Assembly (NCBI GenBank): GCA_963579845.1
Contig: CAUZHS010000001.1
Span: 4,768 to 68,767, forward strand
Reading direction: 5' to 3'
From: Dehalococcoidia bacterium
Lineage (GTDB): Bacteria > Chloroflexota > Dehalococcoidia > Lucifugimonadales > Australimonadaceae
DNA length: 64,000 nucleotides
The notes under the pieces are model-generated. The model ran no database searches, was not told the origin of the DNA, and saw only the letters and a list, made by a program, of their open reading frames with translations. Below, one piece after another: positions 19,078-28,218 of this stretch. Position 1 is the first letter of the stretch. Every line of letters begins with the position of its first letter. Both the position numbers and the translations under genes were made by a program.

Positions 19078-19512
19078 ATGCCTAGTCAGTTCACGATTGA
19101 ATACGCGGTCTTCGTTTTCCTCAGCACGCTTGGCGTGTTACAAGTTGTCTTCGCCACAAACGGCATACGCGGCTTGCTATTTATCCGCCCTTCCCGCCGC
19201 GCATCAGCCCTATTGGGCGCTGCGCTGGTCATCGGAGCCATCGTCTGGTTCTTCTTCGGTGACTCTCGCAACGTCCCCGATACCACAACGGGCCTAGACG
19301 GAAACGAACAGAGCCTTTGGTTTGCACTATCCGCTGCGGCGGCAGTAGCCGCCACCCTCCTGCTCACCTCTTTGCTCAACCACAGGTGGGGCCAGACTCA
19401 TCTGGATGGACCACCGGGTTTGGACATTCTCGCCCAGACGACCTACTTCCAAGCTATGCGATCTTCACTGCGTAAGACTTTCAGGAAAGCACACATATCG
19501 ACACCGCAATAG
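19078..19512 (+). CDS. small membrane protein, unknown function
   Basis: 144 aa with 3-4 hydrophobic segments. No family recognised. Confidence 0.4.
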   Translation: MPSQFTIEYAVFVFLSTLGVLQVVFATNGIRGLLFIRPSRRASALLGAALVIGAIVWFFFGDSRNVPDTTTGLDGNEQSLWFALSAAAAVAATLLLTSLLNHRWGQTHLDGPPGLDILAQTTYFQAMRSSLRKTFRKAHISTPQ

Positions 19513-19541
19513 TCGAATGGCTCAATAGCGGAATAGGACGC

Positions 19542-20066
19542 GTGCCATGGTGGGATACCACTATCGAAGTACTCATCAGCGACTACTTGGCCCCCGTAAT
19601 GGGCTCCTTGGTGCTGATGGGCATGTGGTTCATGGGAACCGGGGAGACTCGTCTCCGGAACCAATTCGTTACCATCTGCGGGACCATGAGCGTAGGATTC
19701 GCCAGCGGGGCCGTTGGGATTATCAACGGTTTTTACTTCCGAACGAGACCCTTTATTGACTTGGACCTTGATCTGCTGTTCTACCAGCCAACGGACTCTT
19801 CTTTTCCGGCCAACACCACTGCGGTGGGCTTTGCCATGGCGGCTGCAGTATTCATTCGGCGCCGCCGCCTGGGGCTTGCCTTGTTCGGGCTGGCGTTCCT
19901 CTGGGGTTTCGCCCGGGTCTACTCCGGTATTCACTACCCCAGTGATGTCCTGGCAGGAGGTGCCATCGGCATTGCCGCGGCCGGACTGGGGTTGGGATTA
20001 ACCCAGTTACTATCGCCCTTGCTCCGGCTAGTGCTGCGCGTACCCCGTGCCTTCTATCTGGCGTAG
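19542..20066 (+). CDS. PAP2-superfamily membrane protein with substituted catalytic motifs
   Basis: The C3-like motif ARVYSGIHYPSDVLAGG is clear. The C2 position reads SFPANTT instead of PSGH, and C1 reads NGFYFRTRP without the Lys. Confidence 0.65.
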   Translation: MPWWDTTIEVLISDYLAPVMGSLVLMGMWFMGTGETRLRNQFVTICGTMSVGFASGAVGIINGFYFRTRPFIDLDLDLLFYQPTDSSFPANTTAVGFAMAAAVFIRRRRLGLALFGLAFLWGFARVYSGIHYPSDVLAGGAIGIAAAGLGLGLTQLLSPLLRLVLRVPRAFYLA

Positions 20067-20074
20067 GCCAGCGC

Positions 20075-20821
20075 TTACGGTCTCCGGGGCTGACTTGGGC
20101 CTCCACCGCGACGGAAGCTCACGTGACGGAACGTTTCCGCGTATTCGAAGCCCGTTCCCTCCGCCCGCTCGGCGGCCCGCTGGGCCCAACGCTTCACGAA
20201 CTCCTCCATTTCATCGACGCCAACGCTGAGCTGACTGGCGTGGGCGGCCAATGCCTCCAACTTGATTCGCAGAGTCGTGCTGATATCGATAGCAATGTCT
20301 GGATTTTCCGTGCCCCACAGGAGGATTGTCTCCACCTTGTGCGTGCCCAGGCCTTCCACTTTCAGGTGCTCTTCAAAATGGAGGGTATCCCTGGCATAGG
20401 GAAAGGCAGCATCCATGGCGACTTGGCCTGAGATGCGATGGTCGCGATGGGAATGGGAGAGGGAGCGGTACGGGTCCATAGCGAAGAGCACGTCGGGCTT
20501 GAAACGGCGAATTTCCCGCACGACTTGGCCTCGAAAATCTCGGGTGTCTTCGAGCTCTCCATCTCCATAGTCAAGGAACTTCACCTCTGCCACACCGAGG
20601 ATTTCAGCCGCTTTGCGTTGCTCTTCGTTGCGGGTAGCCGCGAGCCGCTCCATGGTCATCTCCGGGTCGGAGGTGCCCTTGTTACCGTTAGTACAAACGA
20701 CGTAGAGAACTTTGCAACCCTCCGCAACCCATTTGGCCACGGTGCCGCCACACCCGGATTCACCGTCATCCGGATGGGGAATCACAAACATTGCACGCTC
20801 TGGCGTGTCGATGGTTTCCAT
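20075..20821 (-). CDS. PIG-L/LmbE-family N-acetylglucosaminyl deacetylase
   Basis: MFVIPHPDDGESGCGGT (HPDD zinc motif) and HRDH later in the protein. The start may be M11 at 20791. Confidence 0.85.
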   Translation of the reverse strand: METIDTPERAMFVIPHPDDGESGCGGTVAKWVAEGCKVLYVVCTNGNKGTSDPEMTMERLAATRNEEQRKAAEILGVAEVKFLDYGDGELEDTRDFRGQVVREIRRFKPDVLFAMDPYRSLSHSHRDHRISGQVAMDAAFPYARDTLHFEEHLKVEGLGTHKVETILLWGTENPDIAIDISTTLRIKLEALAAHASQLSVGVDEMEEFVKRWAQRAAERAEGTGFEYAETFRHVSFRRGGGPSQPRRP

Positions 20822-21849
20822 TCAGCCTCCTGGGACCAGGCCATGCCTGGAGAAATCTCTCTGGTATCATACTAGAAGAGACTGATCCACTCCATAAAGG
20901 TGACTCCATCGCTGACGCTACTCCCTCGAACCCCACCAACATTCGTATCCGAAAATTCACCTGGGACGCGTTACCCTCGCTTGCGGGGCTCATTGCCGCG
21001 ATCACGGAAGAACCGGGCCGCAACGGGAGTGTCAATACCACGCAACTCCGCCACCAACTCTCACACCCCAGGGCTCAACCTGAGGAGGACGTATTTCTCG
21101 CCCAGGAAGGCGCGGCCTTGGTGGGCTATGTCATTATGGGCAGGGAACCGGATATCGCGCGAGCCATCGCTTCTGGCGGCGTGCTGCCCAGCCACCGTCA
21201 ATGGGGCATCGGCAGCCTTCTTCTGGACACGGTGCTTGGTCACGCCACAGACCTGGGGTTTCTGGTGCTCCACGTGGAGTTACCTCCGGAGACCGGACCA
21301 GCCGAGGCGCTCCTGGCGCGAAGGGGGTTTGAGCATGTCCGTACCCACTGGCAACTACGGCGAGAATTCTCAACGCCCACGGAACTTGCTATTCCGATGG
21401 GGTACGCTTTGAGGCGGGCCCAACCCGGAGAGGTCCCCGTGCTAGCCGCCTTGCAGAACCAAGCATTTGAAGGGAGTTGGGGCTACAGTCCCAACACACC
21501 GGGAGAATTACATTATGACATGTACGAATCCGGGCCACAGCCCTTCGACGCACTGGTGCTAGAAGCGAAGGGAACCATCACTGCCTATTGTCTGGTCAGG
21601 GCCAGTACAGGCCCTGACGAGGCAAGTTTTATCGGAATGGTGGGGACGCGACCAAGCGCTCAAGGCCAAGGTCTGGGAAGGGCCGTCACTGGCGCAGGTA
21701 TCGACCACCTCTTGGGCCTCGGCGCCCACCGTATCAACATAACCGTAGACAGCGAGAACGGCGCGGCCATTCGGATTTATGAAGGCCTGGGGTTTCAGCG
21801 AGTCGGGTCGACCTACTGGTACGAGCTACAGCTCGGCGCGAGGAGCTAG
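20791..21849 (+). CDS. tandem-GNAT acetyltransferase (MshD-like architecture)
   Basis: Two GNAT cores: QWGIGSLLLDTVLGHA and AQGQGLGRAVTGAGIDHL...IRIYEGLGF. The start is uncertain because the ORF's TTG at 20791 lies inside the divergent PIG-L ORF. Confidence 0.7.
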   Translation: MHALACRWFPFSLLGPGHAWRNLSGIILEETDPLHKGDSIADATPSNPTNIRIRKFTWDALPSLAGLIAAITEEPGRNGSVNTTQLRHQLSHPRAQPEEDVFLAQEGAALVGYVIMGREPDIARAIASGGVLPSHRQWGIGSLLLDTVLGHATDLGFLVLHVELPPETGPAEALLARRGFEHVRTHWQLRREFSTPTELAIPMGYALRRAQPGEVPVLAALQNQAFEGSWGYSPNTPGELHYDMYESGPQPFDALVLEAKGTITAYCLVRASTGPDEASFIGMVGTRPSAQGQGLGRAVTGAGIDHLLGLGAHRINITVDSENGAAIRIYEGLGFQRVGSTYWYELQLGARS

Positions 21850-23129
21850 CTCAAATAGGGCACCACCTCGGGCCTGCGCTCGACTTGGGAGGCCAAACGG
21901 CCGTAGATGCCCAACTGACGGGCCACCACCTGGTCCCACGGAAACTCCGTTGCTCGCTTTCTGGCACCCTCTCCGAGGCGATGCCGTAGTTCCTCGTTCG
22001 TGAGCAATTCTTCCAGACAGGGAGCGAAGGCCTCAGGAGCCACCGGAAAGACAAGGCATCCTGTCTGCCCCTCGACCACGAGCGACTTGAGCGCGCCAAC
22101 CCGCGAGGCCACCACAGGGCTTCCGCAGGCCATAGCCTCCAGCGCTGCCAGTCCAAAGCTTTCGTGGTAGGACGGAACGACACACACATCAGCGGCGTTG
22201 TAGTAGTCCACCAATTCGTCCTGGGGGACGGCACTCTGCCAGCGGACCCGATCGGCAATACCCAGCTCCTGGGCAAGCCGATTGAGGCGCTTAGCCTCCG
22301 GGTCAGCATCTCCCTCTCCGCCAACAAACTCCAAGAACGCTCCCGGTGTGCCACGCATGGCGTGCAGCGTACGAAGGAGCACCTCCGGCCCCTTGAACGG
22401 GTCGAGCCGCCCCACGTACAGCATGATCTGATCATGGGGTTGGAACCCCAGCCGCTGGCGAGCCGTGGTTTTATCCCGCTGTTGGAAACGGTCTAAATCG
22501 ACCCCTCCGGGAACGACCTGAATGCGCTCCGGCGCGACGCCATACATGTCCGCCAAGGCATCCACCTCGTCGGTTGTGAACGCCACGACACAATCAGCAC
22601 TCGTCGCCACTTCCTGTTCAACCACCTCCCGCTCAGGAGGCTCCTGCGAACCGCTCGCCCGTTGCTTCACCAGCGAGAGGGTGTGGAACGTTACGATATG
22701 CGGCACGGCCCACTCGGACGCCAAGCGCTGGCCAACCCATCCTGAAAACCAGTAGTGGCTGTGGATCAAATCGTAGCCCACGCCCTCTTCAGCCACAAAC
22801 CGGGCAAGCCGTTCGGTAAACTCAGGCAAGTAGCCGAAAATCTCGTCTTTCTCGACGTAGGGGGCACCGGCGGGGATATGCACGATCCGAGCCCGGGGAC
22901 CAAGCTCCACAATCTCGGGGCCTCCGACCTCGTGGCTCCGAGTAAAAATATCGATACAGACACCTTCTTCCGCCAGCATAGGCGCAAGCTGCCTCAGGTA
23001 CACGTTCATGCCACCTGCGGTGCGCATGCCTGGAAGTGCCACAGGGCATCCATGCACCGAAATCATGGCAACCCTTCGAATGGGCCTCTCGTTAGCAGCC
23101 AGGAACATCTCTACTCCCCGTTCCAGCAC
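21846..23129 (-). CDS. GT4 retaining glycosyltransferase (MshA / sucrose-phosphate-synthase-like)
   Basis: VAMISVHGCP......AGGMNVYLRQLA......DIFTR, HSHYWFSGWV, C-terminal E-x7-E region (ESFGLAALEAMACGSPVV). Confidence 0.8.
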   Translation of the reverse strand: MLERGVEMFLAANERPIRRVAMISVHGCPVALPGMRTAGGMNVYLRQLAPMLAEEGVCIDIFTRSHEVGGPEIVELGPRARIVHIPAGAPYVEKDEIFGYLPEFTERLARFVAEEGVGYDLIHSHYWFSGWVGQRLASEWAVPHIVTFHTLSLVKQRASGSQEPPEREVVEQEVATSADCVVAFTTDEVDALADMYGVAPERIQVVPGGVDLDRFQQRDKTTARQRLGFQPHDQIMLYVGRLDPFKGPEVLLRTLHAMRGTPGAFLEFVGGEGDADPEAKRLNRLAQELGIADRVRWQSAVPQDELVDYYNAADVCVVPSYHESFGLAALEAMACGSPVVASRVGALKSLVVEGQTGCLVFPVAPEAFAPCLEELLTNEELRHRLGEGARKRATEFPWDQVVARQLGIYGRLASQVERRPEVVPYLS

Positions 23130-23138
23130 ACGTCCCGG

Positions 23139-24119
23139 TCACCGGTGGACAATCACGCGGTAGATATCCGCGTCCTTGGCGCCAAGGTGGTATTTATAAG
23201 CCTCTGGGCCTCTGAGGAAATCAAAGTATTCGAGTCCCTCTTCAATCGCCTCCCTCAAGCAGAAAGTCTTCAGCATGAGACCAACGCTAAGGTTTCCGTA
23301 AGCTGATCGGAAGCCACTATTGTACAGGAATCTGCGTCCGGCATAGTCGAAACAGACAACCCCCGCCACCCGCTCACCATCGACCTCCAGAAAAAGTAGC
23401 CTCAGAAACCCCTCGTCGTACATGCGTTGAACGGTAGCCCGGAAGAAGGTTTCCCGTTCCGGAATCAAAAAATCGCGCTTCTCCTCCCGGCTCTCCCTCA
23501 TCATGTCCAGGAAGAGGTCGATATCGTCAGAAAGGGTCTCGCCAGAGGACCTCACCATACGGGCGGCGGCGGACTCATCAAGGCGCCTCATCTTGCGACG
23601 AAGCTCGTGGCGGTCCTTCTTTCGCAACCCTGCAAGGTAGTCGTCCCAGGTCGGTGGAAGGTGCAGACCGGGGACCACGTCCTCCTGCTCGACGCTGACC
23701 GCGTATCCGTCCTGGCGAAATATGTCCGGCAAGTACTGCAGGGTGGGAGAGTCACCCGGGACGGACTCCAAGGACAATGTCTGCCACGTTTCACTCTTTA
23801 GGCAGGCGACCAGCCCGTGGTAGAAGGCGCCCGGTTCCCCTCGACCCAAGATGACGTCGTGGTAGTCGAAAAGGTCGGTGCTTCCGAGAAAGCTGATAGT
23901 AGAGTCCTCCCGCATCATGGGAGCAAGCCCCAAAGGCTCCGCCTCTTCGCCGATGAGGAAGAGCATGAGGTCTTTGGATGAATCCCCAAACTGCTCCCAC
24001 CATGTCTGTTGCCATTGCGGTGTAAGAAAAACGGAGCCCTGGTTACGCGAGTCCAAGAGTTGCTTCCAGACGTGGCCCAGGGCCGCCGAGTCGAACTGGA
24101 GACTAGTGCAGGAGGTCAT
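23139..24119 (-). CDS. GNAT-fold acyltransferase of the FemAB/CelD/BioF2-like (Acetyltransf_6) type
   Basis: FLTPQWQQTWWEQFG N-terminal block, and the C-terminal YNSGF....LSVGLML......A.E.G...FDFLRG.E.YK pattern. Confidence 0.65.
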   Translation of the reverse strand: MTSCTSLQFDSAALGHVWKQLLDSRNQGSVFLTPQWQQTWWEQFGDSSKDLMLFLIGEEAEPLGLAPMMREDSTISFLGSTDLFDYHDVILGRGEPGAFYHGLVACLKSETWQTLSLESVPGDSPTLQYLPDIFRQDGYAVSVEQEDVVPGLHLPPTWDDYLAGLRKKDRHELRRKMRRLDESAAARMVRSSGETLSDDIDLFLDMMRESREEKRDFLIPERETFFRATVQRMYDEGFLRLLFLEVDGERVAGVVCFDYAGRRFLYNSGFRSAYGNLSVGLMLKTFCLREAIEEGLEYFDFLRGPEAYKYHLGAKDADIYRVIVHR

Positions 24120-24685
24120 TAGGCCCTCCCTCGGACGAGGCTCATGAACTCCTGGCGTGTGATGGGAGCATTGCGGAACCCCCCCCTGGTAGCGGAGGTG
24201 ACGATCGAGGCACCCGGCTTGCGGACGCCCCGCATTGCCATGCAGAGATGCTGGGCCTCGATGACCACCGCAACGCCGACCGGGTCCATGGCCTGCATGA
24301 TGGCATCCGCCAGTTGAGAGGTAAGGCGCTCTTGGACCTGTGGCCTCCGGGCGAGGATGTCGGTGGCCCGGGCCAGCTTAGAAATTCCAACCACCTTCCC
24401 GCTGGGTATATAGCCGATATGCGCCACTCCAAAGAAAGGGAGGAGGTGGTGCTCGCACATGGAATAGAACGGAGTGTCCCGCATAATGACCATCTCTTGG
24501 TGGTCCTCTTCAAACTGGGTCTGGAGAACGTCGACGGGGTCTTGTTCCAGCCCACCGAAAATCTCCAAATACATTTGAGCGACTCTTCGAGGCGTCTCCA
24601 CCAATCCCTCACGCTCGGGATGTTCACCGATGGCACTCAGCAATTCGCTAACCGCGTGCTCAATACGACTCGTTTCTATGGCCAT
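24119..24685 (-). CDS. folE: GTP cyclohydrolase I
   Basis: [31 protein letters not shown]. Confidence 0.92.
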   Translation of the reverse strand: MAIETSRIEHAVSELLSAIGEHPEREGLVETPRRVAQMYLEIFGGLEQDPVDVLQTQFEEDHQEMVIMRDTPFYSMCEHHLLPFFGVAHIGYIPSGKVVGISKLARATDILARRPQVQERLTSQLADAIMQAMDPVGVAVVIEAQHLCMAMRGVRKPGASIVTSATRGGFRNAPITRQEFMSLVRGRA

Positions 24686-25768
24686 CTATACCTCTCGAGG
24701 TCCTGCTGGTGTGCCCATATCCATAAGCCGGGCCACGGCTTCAATCTCTGCATCGCTTTCGTGGGTTGGCACGTCGGCCAGATGAACGGCGGCAGCCGGG
24801 TCCTTGAGACCGGAGCCCGTGATGACGCACACCACCGACTTCTCCCGCATGTCCAGACCGCCATACCGTACCGACTTTATCAACCCGGCGACGGAAGCTG
24901 CGGACGCAGGCTCGCAGAAGATTCCCTCCTTGCGGGCCAGGGCCTTATAGGCATCCATGATTTCTTCGTCCGTCACACTATCGATAGCCCCGCCGGACTC
25001 GTCCCGGGCACGGATGGCGCCCTCCCAACTGGCGGGATTACCTATACGAATGGCCGAGGCCACCGTTTCCGGCGAATCGACTGGCTTCCCGGCAACAATC
25101 GGCGCGGCACCCGCCGCCTGAAACCCCATCATCATCGGCAGCCGGCGAGCGCTTTTTATTCGTTGGTACTCCTGAAACCCCATCCAGTACGCGGTGATAT
25201 TGCCCGCGTTCCCCACTGGGATGTAGAGATAATCGGGGACGTCGCCCAGAGCGTCAACAATCTCGAAAGCGGCTGTTTTTTGTCCTTCAAGCCGATGGGG
25301 ATTCACTGAGTTTACCAGGCTGACAGGAAAGCGCTGGGCCAACTCTCTGGCTAAACCCAACGAGCGGTCGAAGTTGCCGCGAACCAGGATAATCCGCGCA
25401 CCGAAGGCGGTGGCCTGCGCGAGCTTCCCCTCTGCAACGCTGCCTTTCGGGACCAATACCACCGTTTGGAGACCGGCATAGGCACCGTAGGCCGCAGCCG
25501 ACGCGCTGGTGTTGCCGGTAGAGGCGCAAAGGATGGTGTCGTTGCCAGCCTCAAGGGCTTTGGCCACCGCCACCACCATCCCCCTGTCCTTAAACGAGCC
25601 CGTGGGATTGCATCCTTCCAATTTGAAGTACAGCGCTGCACAGCCGAGTTCCGATGCCAGCCAGCGGGAACGGACCAAGGGTGTATCACCCTCTCCCATG
25701 GAGAGGAGTGGCGTATTGGCCGTTACTGGTAAGTAGTCTTTGTAACGGAGGAGGACCCCGTCGCCCAT
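24686..25768 (-). CDS. thrC: threonine synthase
   Basis: LSMGEGDTPLV, NPTGSFKDRGM (PLP Lys), 360 aa. Confidence 0.9.
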   Translation of the reverse strand: MGDGVLLRYKDYLPVTANTPLLSMGEGDTPLVRSRWLASELGCAALYFKLEGCNPTGSFKDRGMVVAVAKALEAGNDTILCASTGNTSASAAAYGAYAGLQTVVLVPKGSVAEGKLAQATAFGARIILVRGNFDRSLGLARELAQRFPVSLVNSVNPHRLEGQKTAAFEIVDALGDVPDYLYIPVGNAGNITAYWMGFQEYQRIKSARRLPMMMGFQAAGAAPIVAGKPVDSPETVASAIRIGNPASWEGAIRARDESGGAIDSVTDEEIMDAYKALARKEGIFCEPASAASVAGLIKSVRYGGLDMREKSVVCVITGSGLKDPAAAVHLADVPTHESDAEIEAVARLMDMGTPAGPREV

Positions 25769-25811
25769 TTCCGCATCCTTTCCCCCGAATAGTGGGTCCC
25801 CGGAGAGGACC

Positions 25812-27167
25812 TCAGCCCTCTCCGTCGAGCATCCTCACCAGGTTTGAGACTTCTTGGACTGATCCAAGGCTACGCATGCGCTGAACCGCCTCCTGAACGG
25901 CGGATTCCTTCGCTGTGTGGGTGGTGATGACAATTTCCGAAAATCCCTCCGGCTGAACGATTTCCTTTTGAATGACCGAGGCGAGACTCACTTTAAGGTC
26001 TCCCAGCACCGTCGTAATCTGCGCCATGACCCCAGGCTCGTCCACTGCCAAGAGACGAATATAGTACTGGGTCTCTAGATCCGCCATGGGCTGGATAGTG
26101 CACGCGCCGTCGAGCAGCAGCGGAGCCGGAGGGTTTGAACCGGAGACAATGTTCCGAGCAATGTCCAAGACATCGCCAACCACCGCACTGGCGGTCGGTT
26201 GGCCTCCCGCTCCTTGTCCAGAAAACATCACCTGGCCCACCAAGTCACCTTCGAGTTCCACCGCGTTGAAAACCCCGCAAACGCTGGCCAGGGGATGCTC
26301 CACCGGAACCAGAGTTGGATGCACCCGCACCTGGATGGATGTTCCTTCCATCCGGCCAATGGCCAAGAGTTTGATTGCGTACCCAAGCTCTGCGGCATAT
26401 TTGAAGTCGGCAGGGCCGAGCTTGGTGATGCCCTCGTAGTAAACATCGGAGGCATGTATCTTTGTGTGGAACGCCAAACTGGCAAGGATTGCAAGCTTAT
26501 AGGCCGCATCGAGCCCTTCCACATCGGCAGCGGGATCAGCCTCTGCGTACCCTAGTGCCTGGGCCTGACGGACGGCATCGTTGAACTCCAGTCCTTCCAT
26601 CCCCATCTTGGTCAGCACGTAATTAGTCGTGCCGTTGATGATGGCACTGATACCATAGATATCGTTGGCCAGAAGGTCCTTGAGCAACGGGCCGATGATG
26701 GGAATGCCCCCGCCAACGCCTGCCTCAAACCTGATGCTAACGCTGTGCTCGTGGGCCAGGGTGAGGATTTCAGGCCCGTGCTTAGCCATCATCTCTTTGT
26801 TCGCGGTCACGACGTGTTTCCCCGCCCGAAGGGCACGCTGCACGTACTCCAAAGCGGGATATTCACCACCCATAACCTCGACAATGATATCGATGGCAGG
26901 GTCATCTATCAGGCCTTCCGCTCCATCAGTGAGGACGACATCGGCGGGCACGTAACGACGCTCCTTCTCTGGTGCTCGCACGAGGATACGCTTGATGCGC
27001 ACCGTGCAGCCCAGCTTAGAAGAGATGGAGTGCTCCTTCTCTAGGAGGGTGCGAGCCACTTCCGTTCCCACAACACCCAGGCCCATCAGGCCAATGCCAA
27101 TCTCGCGGTTGTTTGCCAAGCGCACTCCCTGAGACTTCGTGCTTAGTTCAGGTGATCCAGTACCCAA
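25812..27167 (-). CDS. hom: homoserine dehydrogenase with C-terminal ACT domain
   Basis: IGIGLMGLGVVG Rossmann motif, AGGQPTASAV, ACT-like tail. The start may be downstream of 27167, because the ORF overlaps the upstream gene by 25 nt. Confidence 0.88.
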   Translation of the reverse strand: MGTGSPELSTKSQGVRLANNREIGIGLMGLGVVGTEVARTLLEKEHSISSKLGCTVRIKRILVRAPEKERRYVPADVVLTDGAEGLIDDPAIDIIVEVMGGEYPALEYVQRALRAGKHVVTANKEMMAKHGPEILTLAHEHSVSIRFEAGVGGGIPIIGPLLKDLLANDIYGISAIINGTTNYVLTKMGMEGLEFNDAVRQAQALGYAEADPAADVEGLDAAYKLAILASLAFHTKIHASDVYYEGITKLGPADFKYAAELGYAIKLLAIGRMEGTSIQVRVHPTLVPVEHPLASVCGVFNAVELEGDLVGQVMFSGQGAGGQPTASAVVGDVLDIARNIVSGSNPPAPLLLDGACTIQPMADLETQYYIRLLAVDEPGVMAQITTVLGDLKVSLASVIQKEIVQPEGFSEIVITTHTAKESAVQEAVQRMRSLGSVQEVSNLVRMLDGEG

Positions 27168-28141
27168 ATCAAATCATCGCGGTCGAAATTGAAGTCAGTC
27201 ACAGCTTCGTCAATCCGCGACTGTACCCACATGTCTCGGTTAGCGGCTGCGAGGAGATCAATCATCTCGTCCGACAGGTCTTGTACCTCTGGCCCCTGAG
27301 TGATCTTGGCTATCATAGTGCCAATACTAGTATTCAACGGTCCGATAAACTCTTCCAGCTCGGCGTTGAAGAAAACCGCATCGAACTCAGGGAAAACCTT
27401 CGCTGGCATCCAGCCGACCTCCCCGTTGGCATCGGCAAGGAACAACTCTTGGTTGACCTCAGCAGCCACCTCCTCGAACACCTCGCCTCCCGTCAAGCGC
27501 GCCAAGACGGTATCGCCTTCCGCCGGAGTACCCACCACAATCCAATGGAGAAACACCTGCGACTGGGGACTCGGCACCAGGAGGGCCATTACATTTTCCA
27601 CCGTTCGGATAAGTAATTCGCCCTCCTCAAAGCCTCGCAACTCCTCGCTGTCCACGCTAAAAGCGTCCTTAAAATCTTGGAACCGCTCCTGGCCAATGGC
27701 GGTCATCAAGGGGGGGAACACACCCTCTTCGTTAGGAGTCTCGAACCGCCTAATCATCGCTTCGTCCACGTCGTTGGACGGTAAGGCGATCTGTAAGGAG
27801 GGCCCAGAAAACTGGCGCAGCACTTCGTTACGAACCATCAAGTTCAGTGCATTCTCAGGATCAACCTGGCCAGTGAAGCCGTTTATGAGCCGCGTGTGGG
27901 CCGCCACATCACGGAGTTGCACCGTTTCGTCGCCAATTTTGGCCACTGTTTTACGAGGGGGAGCGAAGCTGGTGAGGTAGAATCCGCCCACCAGGAGCAC
28001 GACAAGAAATACAACGACTACCGCGGCCCCTCCGTAGAGAAACCGCTGCTGTCGCTTTTCCGGTTCGAACCGGCCTCGTTGCGTGCCCGCTACGACGGGG
28101 GGACCGAAATGCCCCCGCTGAGCCCGTCTGCGTTGTCGCAT
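27143..28141 (-). CDS. membrane-anchored parvulin-type peptidyl-prolyl isomerase (PrsA/SurA-like)
   Basis: N-terminal TM segment, a SurA_N-like region, and a rotamase-like block GEVGWMPAKVFPEFDAVFFNAELEEFIGPLNTSIGTMIAKI. Confidence 0.6.
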   Translation of the reverse strand: MRQRRRAQRGHFGPPVVAGTQRGRFEPEKRQQRFLYGGAAVVVVFLVVLLVGGFYLTSFAPPRKTVAKIGDETVQLRDVAAHTRLINGFTGQVDPENALNLMVRNEVLRQFSGPSLQIALPSNDVDEAMIRRFETPNEEGVFPPLMTAIGQERFQDFKDAFSVDSEELRGFEEGELLIRTVENVMALLVPSPQSQVFLHWIVVGTPAEGDTVLARLTGGEVFEEVAAEVNQELFLADANGEVGWMPAKVFPEFDAVFFNAELEEFIGPLNTSIGTMIAKITQGPEVQDLSDEMIDLLAAANRDMWVQSRIDEAVTDFNFDRDDLIWVLDHLN

Positions 28142-28218
28142 CAGTTCCTCCGCTCGTCATGCCCAAGCCCGCCCACAGGAAGTGAAACTAAAGGCTGGCA
28201 GAAACCAACCCTCTCAAG

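Noticed and set aside
24248-25309. A 353-aa plus-strand ORF.
   Set aside because: It is antisense to folE and thrC, which have unmistakable signatures. Its Arg/Gly/His-rich composition is typical of shadow ORFs in high-GC DNA.
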